Shown in pieces: positions 40,116-48,111 of a DNA stretch of 64,000 nucleotides. Origin of the DNA: an uncultured Candidatus Saccharibacteria bacterium (GTDB lineage: Bacteria; Patescibacteriota; Minisyncoccia; Phycocordibacterales; UBA1006). Where the stretch lies: assembly GCA_964350165.1 (NCBI GenBank), contig CAYGJA010000004.1, forward strand, positions 7,638 through 71,637. Direction: 5' to 3'. Under the pieces are notes generated by a model. It was not told the DNA's origin. It ran no database searches and worked only from the letters and a program-made list of their open reading frames with translations. Within the stretch, counting starts at the first letter, position 1, and each line of letters starts with the position of its first letter. The position numbers were made by a program, and so were the translations under genes.

Positions 40116-40871
40116 CTAGAGACCTTCGCTCCCAAGTATCTCCAGCTCTACCAAAGTATTTGCACCCAAAACCTCCCTTGCATCAGTCTCCACTGACTGA
40201 ATTTTGTGACCCTGATCTGTTGCCAGGCGAGGTAGTTCCGTCAGATAGTATTCATTCGCTCCATTGCTGCTAGATAGCTTGTCAATATTCTCCAACAGCC
40301 ACCGATGGCTAAAAGCAAAATGAGCCGAGGTTACTTCGGTAGAGGCTAGCTGTTCTGGTGTGGCATCTTTTTTCTCAATAATTTTTTCAATTTCATTGTC
40401 ACGGTTCCTTACGACTCGCCCCCAATTATAAAAACCAACTCGCCAATCTTCAAAATCACTGACGGTACTGGTAAGCATGGTTACTGGACTGCTGGTTTGT
40501 TCTTGCACACGTATCAGCTTTTCTAATGTCTTCGAGGTCACCAACGGCATGTCTCCATACAAAACCACAATATTCCTGATGGTAGGGTCGACGGCAACCA
40601 AAGCCGTCTTTACCGCGTGCCCTGTTCCCAATTGCTCTTCCTGCTCCACATAGATAGCCGTGTCTTTTCCCAGAGTAGAAATAACCTGATTCTTGCCATA
40701 GCCAACTACAATAATCGGTTTGGGCATATTGGCCAGAGGTAACACAGACTGCTCCAACAAATAACCCAGCATGGTGCTTTCTCGAAAAGGCATGAGCACC
40801 TTGGGAACATCAGCCTCCATGCGAGTACCCTTTCCAGCTGCCAAAATAATTATTTGTGTATTTTCCATCAT
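40116..40871 (-). CDS. Sugar-1-phosphate nucleotidyltransferase (GlmU N-terminal domain only)
   Basis: ILAAGKGTRM, PKVL, QEEQLGTGHAV, LYGDMPL, EYYLT; lacks the left-handed beta-helix acetyltransferase domain. Confidence 0.88.
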   Translation of the reverse strand: MMENTQIIILAAGKGTRMEADVPKVLMPFRESTMLGYLLEQSVLPLANMPKPIIVVGYGKNQVISTLGKDTAIYVEQEEQLGTGHAVKTALVAVDPTIRNIVVLYGDMPLVTSKTLEKLIRVQEQTSSPVTMLTSTVSDFEDWRVGFYNWGRVVRNRDNEIEKIIEKKDATPEQLASTEVTSAHFAFSHRWLLENIDKLSSSNGANEYYLTELPRLATDQGHKIQSVETDAREVLGANTLVELEILGSEGL

Positions 40872-40929
40872 GCGCCAGAGTATACCAAAACAGTTCTAGT
40901 ATATTGCACTTTACACAAAAACCATTAGC

Positions 40930-41796
40930 ATGCATGATATGAAAACAGCCATTGCTTTCCAGGGAACCCTCGGAGCCTATAGTGAAGAAGCTATTTGGGA
41001 CTATTCCAAAACGCACGATATCTTGCTGGAACCTCTTCCAACCGAGAATTTTTCTGATCTTTTTGCTGTGATCGAGCGGGGCATCGGACTTGGCATGGTA
41101 CCTATCGAAAACTCAACCACAGGATCCGTGATTCAGTCCTATGATTTACTTTTAGAACACCCCAATCTCACAATTATTGGTGAACATACTCTGCCCATTC
41201 ATCACCATTTGCTAGCAAACAAAGGCGTATCCTTGTCGGACATCAAGCGCGTCTGGTCTCATCCCCAAGCAATTAGTCAGTGTCAGCCGTGGCTAGATCG
41301 GCACGGTCTGATAGCAGAACATCATTTTGACACCGCTGGCTCCGCCAAAGAATTATCCGAATCGCCTCAATCAGACCTGGCCTGCATTGCCAGCGTTCGT
41401 GCCGCCGAAACCTACGGCCTGGATATTTTGGCAGACACAATTCAAACAAACACCAACAACAAAACACGTTTTCTGCTAGTAAAAAACAAAGACAAAACTT
41501 TCTCTTGGGAAAAGGTGCTCCCGACGGCCAACAAAACTTCTCTTGTTTTTAGTGGCAAAAACGTACCCGCCAGCCTTTACAAATGTCTGGGTGGTTTTGC
41601 GACCAACGGCGTCGACTTGCTCAAGCTCGAAACCAGACCAAAACAAGGTCAAAATTGGGAATACGTGTCTTTTCTAGATTTTTCTGGTAATCCGAGCGAA
41701 ACATCGGTCCAAAATGCACTAGAAGAGCTTGCTTTTTATACCGACCACCTGACTATTCTTGGAACTTACCCCGCTTTTTCAGACGCTTCTGAATAA
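40930..41796 (+). CDS. pheA: Prephenate dehydratase with ACT domain
   Basis: FQGTLGAYSEEA, PIENSTTGSV, SHPQAISQC, NKTRF, KLETRP. Confidence 0.93.
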   Translation: MHDMKTAIAFQGTLGAYSEEAIWDYSKTHDILLEPLPTENFSDLFAVIERGIGLGMVPIENSTTGSVIQSYDLLLEHPNLTIIGEHTLPIHHHLLANKGVSLSDIKRVWSHPQAISQCQPWLDRHGLIAEHHFDTAGSAKELSESPQSDLACIASVRAAETYGLDILADTIQTNTNNKTRFLLVKNKDKTFSWEKVLPTANKTSLVFSGKNVPASLYKCLGGFATNGVDLLKLETRPKQGQNWEYVSFLDFSGNPSETSVQNALEELAFYTDHLTILGTYPAFSDASE

Positions 41797-41806
41797 AAGA
41801 GTCGTT

Positions 41807-42130
41807 TTACAACAACCACAAGCAGTCTTGAAAATCAGTCGCCATATGAAACAACAACCCAACAGCTATGATTCGCACGTATTTGTTTGGGTACAAAAGA
41901 AGCAAAAAATAAAAAGCAATAGCGTATCCAGAGTGCAATGGATGAAAACCAATACTACAGCGAGCAGGGTCAAATATTGGTCGAGCCAACAAATGATCCA
42001 GATCAACTAGCATGGTCCCAATCATAATCAGCCATCCTTTTTTCCAAATATCCCTAAATAAAAACCAGGCCAGAAGACCAGGTGCCAAAAAATGTAGACT
42101 GTAGTGCACCAGGCTTCTGGTAATTTCCAT
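41807..42130 (-). CDS. DUF6122-like small membrane protein
   Basis: HYSLHFLAP, TMLVDLDHLLA, PIFDPARCSIGFHPLHS, GLLFHMATD; start at MEITRS. Confidence 0.75.
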   Translation of the reverse strand: MEITRSLVHYSLHFLAPGLLAWFLFRDIWKKGWLIMIGTMLVDLDHLLARPIFDPARCSIGFHPLHSGYAIAFYFLLLLYPNKYVRIIAVGLLFHMATDFQDCLWLL

Positions 42131-42242
42131 GAAAAAATCATAGCACAATCTATCTATGCAGGATTTATGCAAGATTATAGCGGTCCTGGTGACACTACCG
42201 GCTATATTTTTGAAAATTTTCCTTCTGATATACTTTAGGCAT

Positions 42243-43103
42243 ATGCTTGAAAAAAACATTTTACATGAACAACTAAAGGCAACCTCCCCTAAGAACAAGG
42301 ATGATGATATGGAAAGAGGGTTTTTCCTTGAGGACTCAGAAAATGTCGACCAGAACCCCGAAGGCTTGACGCTCAAGAATAAGATTCACGCACTTCTCCA
42401 TTCATCGGTCGAAAAAGATCAGGAGGAAGGATTGACGCTGATGTCAGAATGGCTTCAAAAAATTCAGGTCACATATCAAAGTGTACTTAATCAAAAAAAG
42501 CGCAAGGAAATGATAAGGCAAATCACGCGAAGTGAGGACTTCGCAGAGGGCAACCTGATGGTTCATCAGGTTCAAATACAATATATTAAGGATCTTATAG
42601 ATGTGGTCGACAATGATTCTCTGAAGCAAAAACTCCAGAAGCAGCTTACCCTTATCGAATACAGTTTTGCGGCGCTTCAATATATCCGTGAATTCAACAT
42701 ACACACTCAGGCTCGTTACAGTTGGCGCAATCCAGCCCGCTGGATTGAGAAAATAGTTTGGACGAGTGCTTCTGGTATAGGTACTACTGGCCTTGGTGTC
42801 ACCATAGGTGCCGTGATGCAGATGGTTAATACCGGTAATTTCTACGAGGCCGCCGGCGTTCTTTTTGGGGCTGGCGTTGCTGCGCAGATGGTTTTTGGTG
42901 AAATAAACAAGTTTGACGCAACCTTGCGCTTTAATAAAAAAATTAAAGAGATGTTGGATTTGAGTAAAATAGCACCTGATGAAATTGAGGGTGACTTAGA
43001 GGATTGGCAAAAAGAATATGAATCAAAGATTCAGATACTGCTATCTCGCGTTAGTACTTTGCGATCGTATAACGATTTTGAAAATGCACCTCGAGAGCTT
43101 TAA
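42243..43103 (+). CDS. Hypothetical protein (coiled-coil, two central TM helices)
   Basis: Long ORF; TATACT 8 nt before ATG 42243. Confidence 0.7.
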   Translation: MLEKNILHEQLKATSPKNKDDDMERGFFLEDSENVDQNPEGLTLKNKIHALLHSSVEKDQEEGLTLMSEWLQKIQVTYQSVLNQKKRKEMIRQITRSEDFAEGNLMVHQVQIQYIKDLIDVVDNDSLKQKLQKQLTLIEYSFAALQYIREFNIHTQARYSWRNPARWIEKIVWTSASGIGTTGLGVTIGAVMQMVNTGNFYEAAGVLFGAGVAAQMVFGEINKFDATLRFNKKIKEMLDLSKIAPDEIEGDLEDWQKEYESKIQILLSRVSTLRSYNDFENAPREL

Positions 43104-43109
43104 GGCTTC

Positions 43110-43619
43110 TTATTTTTTCTTGATTGAGATCAGATAATTAAAAATTTCTAACATCAAATCATTGTCTTCTCTTTCTTCTAGTGCCATCACCGCTTCTTTG
43201 ATTGTAAAAAACTTTCGCTCCGTCACCTCTAACTGCTCCCATTCATCATCTGAAAGCATTTTGATAATGGTTGAATACGTAAATGGTAGTACACTTTTGG
43301 GCGGATAGGGCGAGCTTTCGTCATTGTGCTCAATGGTCATATAGCCAAATAGCTTTGGTTCTGTTATTTCAACACCACCTTCTTCTTTGGCCTCTCTCTC
43401 CATGGCTTCAGGCCAAGTTTCTTCCCCTTCAATGTGTCCACCGAGCGGGTTCCACCAGCCATGTTTATCAAAAATTAACAAGACCTGGTTGTTTTCTGAA
43501 AAAGGAAATGTGAAAGGGGTGGTTATATTTACATCTTCAGGAATTTCGTTTGTTGCCCGAAAACCACAAATATAGTCAACGCCTTTTCTCTTGAATGTAT
43601 AGTAAGGAAATTTCTTCAT
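43110..43619 (-). CDS. NUDIX hydrolase
   Basis: Nudix box GGHIEGEETWPEAMEREAKEEGG. Confidence 0.9.
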   Translation of the reverse strand: MKKFPYYTFKRKGVDYICGFRATNEIPEDVNITTPFTFPFSENNQVLLIFDKHGWWNPLGGHIEGEETWPEAMEREAKEEGGVEITEPKLFGYMTIEHNDESSPYPPKSVLPFTYSTIIKMLSDDEWEQLEVTERKFFTIKEAVMALEEREDNDLMLEIFNYLISIKKK

Positions 43620-43662
43620 GTAATTATTTAGAAAGATAACTTAAGGCACTTTTGATGCCACA

Positions 43663-44220
43663 CTACGAGCTCTTTGCTAGTAATCTTTTTTTGAGTTCAT
43701 GCCTCAGCACAAGGTGTGGATTTATTTTCTGTGTTTCAGTGATTACTTTTTCTAGTTTCAACATGCGCTTTTTTGTTCTACGGGCTGACGCAAGGAATGT
43801 CTGACCGTTTTCATTCGAGAAAACAATGTAATCTTTTTTGTTTATTTTAGGAAATAGTAGCTCAAGCATCCAAACAACGAGACCCAAAAGAAGCCCTTCG
43901 CTACCTCCTGAGTTTTGCTGGACGCTCTCAATCTCAATTTTAGTAATGCTGGAGAGTCGTATCATTTTGCCCCAAAATTCACTGCCAGAACTAAGTAGAC
44001 ATACTTTTCCATTCATCATAGATAACGTATTGATTGGAAGCACTGCCCCAATTACAAGAAATACCATAGCAGCGAATACCACAAAAACTCCCCACGGGCG
44101 ACTATGGTGCTCAGGAGTCCAATTACTGAAATTTATAATTAAATAAATACCAATCGGGACAAGTATGAGCCCGATGGAAACGAGCCAAGATTTTATTTTG
44201 TTTACTCTAATAAAGTCCAT
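43663..44220 (-). CDS. Hypothetical membrane protein
   Basis: 185-aa ORF with about 3 hydrophobic segments. Confidence 0.65.
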   Translation of the reverse strand: MDFIRVNKIKSWLVSIGLILVPIGIYLIINFSNWTPEHHSRPWGVFVVFAAMVFLVIGAVLPINTLSMMNGKVCLLSSGSEFWGKMIRLSSITKIEIESVQQNSGGSEGLLLGLVVWMLELLFPKINKKDYIVFSNENGQTFLASARRTKKRMLKLEKVITETQKINPHLVLRHELKKRLLAKSS

Positions 44221-44346
44221 AATTTGATTATAACAATCTTAATGCAAACACCACTGTCTTTCTTTAGTTCGGAACACCCCTCAGGCGCCCTCCAAAACCC
44301 TTTGTTTACAACACTTTAAATTCTAGTGACCCCATTAAGTCCAATA

Positions 44347-46365
44347 TTAGAGAGTCCTTTTGTTTGAACCATCAATGAACTCATGTAAAGACATTAATAG
44401 TTTTTTTGTTATGTCTGGAAGCGATTCAAAGTTAATTTCTTCAGCTTTGTACATTTCAAGTAGTAACGTAGTAACCTCTAAGGCAATTGTTTTTTTTCTG
44501 ACTCCAGATGCAATACATTCAATACTATCCTTTTTATAGTATTCTAGTTTTCTTCGCTTGTCTTTTTGAGACAAAATATTGTTTTTTAGTAGAGTTCCAA
44601 TTTTTTCTTTATCAAGCCCATCATTAAAAGCTTTTTCATTTTTAAGGGCATCGCTTCTTATTTTGAGTCCTGATTTATCACTAATCTTACTATTCAAATA
44701 ACGGTACCAAACAGTGAATGGTATTAGGTTTTCTATTTCAACATGTCCGTCAAAGAAGCTCTTGCCTAACAACTTCTTCAAAGCTAGTAGCTTTTCTTTA
44801 TTTGTTTGGAGTCGTGCATCCCCTGCAGATTTACCTAGATAGCTCAAGTCGTTATCTGCTACTACAAAGTTACTTTTATGTAATGCCCCAACGTGAACAG
44901 AAGTATCTAAATGAATCACGTCTTCAGTTTCTTTAAAGTCAAAGTTATCTCTATTTATACCTCCATACTCACAGAATGCGTAGTGAGCGTCTTCTTTGTA
45001 TCTCCAATCTACCCCCTCAGAACCTTTATAAATTTCTAGTAGTGCTCGGAGGTATATTCGGTCTGTTACTCCCTCAACCCAAATGATTGAATTTGTTAGA
45101 AAGATTGAAGAGTTTCTGATTCCGAGCAAGTTTTCAATATTGCTTCTGGGGGTAACCTCATCAATCAAAAAATTTTTGTTGTTGTCTTCATCTCTAAAGG
45201 GTTCAAAAGAAAAGATGCTAATGTCTTCCTCATGGTCGAAAAGTAGGTCCAAAAAATGATTGGAATGGGTTGTTGCGAAAATAGTAGCGTTGGGAAAGCT
45301 GAGATAAGACTCAACAAGCCTCCTTTGCATTGATGGATGTAGGGTTAGTTCAGGCTCTTCAACGCACAAAATAACTGGTTCATCAGAATGCATAAACAAA
45401 GGAAATGTGGCACAGATAATAGTCTGAATACCGTCTCCTAATTCAAAAACCGGTTTTTCATCATCTCCAAGTTGAACCAATAAAGAGTCCTTTTTAATTT
45501 CTGGAATGAGGGTTATGCCTTCGGGGAAAAACTCTCGAGTTAGAAAGTCTTGAAATTCACCCACCTTATTCCGTTCTTCTTGTTTACCTAGAAGCATCCG
45601 TTTTATCTCGTTGAATATCCCAAGCCCTGTGAATATTGTTTTTGTAGGGTTATCTCCAAATATATTTACTGAGTCACGTGGTGCTGGATCATCGTCAGAT
45701 TTACTGAAATAATCTTTGACGGTCCGTTCCGCATAGCAATCATACTGAATACAGTTTGATGGAGGTACTCTATTTGATTCATGAAAGTCGTAAATATTGT
45801 TGTCATAGCTCTCTTTTACCAAAGGTCTAAGACCACGTAAAATAGGTATATAGATATGATGTGGATTCCAGTTTTTTTCTTTAAATCCAGAGTAAGGAAG
45901 CTCTGATTTTATCTTTCCAACCAACTCTTCACAAAACTGTTTATCATTAATTCCATAAGGAGCTAACTTATATGCGGGATTTTTTCGTGACTTCTCCTCC
46001 CATTCTTGGACTTTTTTTGATAGTGTTGTTGCCCAGCCATACCCGCCCTTCCAAGAGGTTAATTCAATCAACTGGTCTACGTAAGGAAAGTTTTTGTTGC
46101 TAATTGCTTCCGGGTACTTTTCTTTGTACTCACTTGTAATTCTAATAAGTGCTTGTAGATTTTTCTCGGATTTATCAAAAATAACATGGTCGCTTTTTTC
46201 AAAAACACCCCTTAAGAAGAAACTTTTCCCTGAGTTATTTTTACCAACAAAAATATTTATTCTTTTGCAGTTTTTCAGCACCTCAGGGTCATTACTTGAT
46301 GCCTGGGATACAGTGTAACGAGATTCTACTGTTTTTATGCCGATAACTGGGTTTTTCATATACAA
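44347..46365 (-). CDS. OLD-family ABC-ATPase/TOPRIM nuclease (putative defence protein)
   Basis: Walker A GKNNSGKS, signature LGDGIQ, Walker B VEEPE, H-loop TTHS, TOPRIM WVEGVTD, DND, EIENL. Confidence 0.85.
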   Translation of the reverse strand: MYMKNPVIGIKTVESRYTVSQASSNDPEVLKNCKRINIFVGKNNSGKSFFLRGVFEKSDHVIFDKSEKNLQALIRITSEYKEKYPEAISNKNFPYVDQLIELTSWKGGYGWATTLSKKVQEWEEKSRKNPAYKLAPYGINDKQFCEELVGKIKSELPYSGFKEKNWNPHHIYIPILRGLRPLVKESYDNNIYDFHESNRVPPSNCIQYDCYAERTVKDYFSKSDDDPAPRDSVNIFGDNPTKTIFTGLGIFNEIKRMLLGKQEERNKVGEFQDFLTREFFPEGITLIPEIKKDSLLVQLGDDEKPVFELGDGIQTIICATFPLFMHSDEPVILCVEEPELTLHPSMQRRLVESYLSFPNATIFATTHSNHFLDLLFDHEEDISIFSFEPFRDEDNNKNFLIDEVTPRSNIENLLGIRNSSIFLTNSIIWVEGVTDRIYLRALLEIYKGSEGVDWRYKEDAHYAFCEYGGINRDNFDFKETEDVIHLDTSVHVGALHKSNFVVADNDLSYLGKSAGDARLQTNKEKLLALKKLLGKSFFDGHVEIENLIPFTVWYRYLNSKISDKSGLKIRSDALKNEKAFNDGLDKEKIGTLLKNNILSQKDKRRKLEYYKKDSIECIASGVRKKTIALEVTTLLLEMYKAEEINFESLPDITKKLLMSLHEFIDGSNKRTL

Positions 46366-46615
46366 AGGGTATCTTTTTTTGATGTAGTAGTAAAACTTTC
46401 TCTAATCCATTAGGCAATCCTTCAAAACTCAAAATTGTTATAATCAAACTAATGACCAATACAGAACAACATGCATTAACACTATTACTCAAGGAAAACC
46501 ACCTTGGTGAGCCTTCTCGTGCTCGAACCAAGCAGACTCATTACAGAGTAAGGTTTTTTAAGTATCTAAATAGTATTGTAAACAACCCCTCTCGAGCGTC
46601 GTGAGAAGAATATTC

Positions 46616-47695
46616 TTATCGCAAGATTTTTTGGAAACTTTTTGTTTCTGGACTTACGAAAGAATTTCTCGGTGTATCTCTTTTTTCGAGAAAATTACCT
46701 ATATATTTTTTGAACTTATAGTCGTTGACGTCTTTTAATTGTTTCAATAAATCACAGTACTCACTATTGTGAGTACTAATATTTACCTGAATATGATCAC
46801 TATTGTGAGGCAATATATAATAGATTATAGCGGCATGATCTTCAAAGATGATTTTTTGTTTGAGTAAGTCTGTCTTAGGGTTTAAGATTCCTTGTGCAAA
46901 AAAAATATCTTTAGTTTTAACAACACGTGAAATCGTGATAAGTGAGTCATGATTACCATTTTTTATAATGGCCCAAATTTTCATTAGTAAATCATGTTTA
47001 AAAACATATCTTATATATCCATGTATAAAATGATCAAGTGATATTATATTATCTTTAGAATCTACTCCAGTATGTCTTATCCTCAATTTTGTTATGGATG
47101 GTGTTGCATAGATTATCTGCTGGGCCATTGCTAAATGTAAACGACTAAATTGATATTGATAAGCTGCTACACGGAAAAAATGTAGTAATACATTGTTTTG
47201 ATTGTTGATATTATGATGTACATCATCAATTGGCCTAAATAAATTATTATCGCATTCTTTACAGAATACATGATAGCCAATTTCATTATTGATTCCAGCT
47301 AATGATAATTTCTTACTACCCTCATCATCAATAATGTACCATCCGCACTTATTAGAATTAAAGTATTTTTTAAGTAAAGCTTCACCAAATATATGCGACC
47401 TTATTGTTTCTTTAGTACACCCAGGGGCTGCACAAAAACTAAATTTATTTTGAAAATCAGATTCCATCTTTGAGATAAAAGTCATTGGCACGTTTGCGAC
47501 ATTAAAATTCTTATTTTTTGAAAAATTAATCAAATGACTTAAGAATCCGTCATTAATCCAATAATTAGATTTAATTGAACAACAACTGCCGTATTTTTTT
47601 GTGCTACCGCAAAAGCATAAGTCTTCATCGCTGATACCGGTCCTCTTTTCTAGAATTTTATTTATTTTTTGTATATCAGAATCACCTATTTTCAC
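46616..47695 (-). CDS. SEC-C motif protein with HNH-like Cys/His domain
   Basis: CFCGSTKKYGSCC (SEC-C); CAAPGC...SHI...FCKECDNNLF; GTG at 47695 has TATAAT 7 nt upstream (the ORF-track start lies in the tRNA repeat). Confidence 0.72.
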   Translation of the reverse strand: MKIGDSDIQKINKILEKRTGISDEDLCFCGSTKKYGSCCSIKSNYWINDGFLSHLINFSKNKNFNVANVPMTFISKMESDFQNKFSFCAAPGCTKETIRSHIFGEALLKKYFNSNKCGWYIIDDEGSKKLSLAGINNEIGYHVFCKECDNNLFRPIDDVHHNINNQNNVLLHFFRVAAYQYQFSRLHLAMAQQIIYATPSITKLRIRHTGVDSKDNIISLDHFIHGYIRYVFKHDLLMKIWAIIKNGNHDSLITISRVVKTKDIFFAQGILNPKTDLLKQKIIFEDHAAIIYYILPHNSDHIQVNISTHNSEYCDLLKQLKDVNDYKFKKYIGNFLEKRDTPRNSFVSPETKSFQKILR

Positions 47696-47788
47696 ACACT
47701 TAATTATAAACAAAATACACCTTATTACAGGTGTATTTTTGCAAGAGGCCTTTTGACCCTTCTCGAGCGCTCGAACTAGCGCTCGTGT

Positions 47789-47989
47789 TGGTGATCCCAC
47801 GGAGAATCGGGGTCAAGTTTCTAAATTCATTTCCTCGCAAGCTCGTCATTCATTAAGAACTTCCTCCCCGGACTCGCTCCCCAATGGTCGGATTGCCATC
47901 CTCGCATTGGGGCCCCGCTCCGTCTTTCGATTCCCCGCATAATCAACACACGAAAAGCCCCCATGCGATGCATGAGGGCTTAACGTGTG
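47789..47989 (-). repeat. tRNA-Glu-linked structured element ending in a 21-bp direct copy of the tRNA 3' end
   Basis: 47789-47809 is identical to 47990-48010; inverted T-arm copy at 47926-47937; internal hairpins. Confidence 0.85.
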
Positions 47990-48064
47990 TGGTGATCCCA
48001 CGGAGAATCGAACTCCGATTTCCAGGATGAAAACCTGGCGTCCTAACCGTTAGACGATGGGACC
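47990..48064 (-). tRNA. tRNA-Glu(TTC)
   Basis: GGTCCCATCGTCTAACGGTTAGGAC...CCAGG-TT TTC AT-CCTGG...GTTCGATTC...GGGATCACCA. Confidence 0.96.
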
Positions 48065-48111
48065 AAAATACTGGCTGAGTATACCGAACTCTCCAAAAAA
48101 TTCAATACCGA

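Noticed and set aside
44347-46365. Gabija or retron system
   Set aside because: No UvrD-like GajB partner and no reverse transcriptase adjacent.
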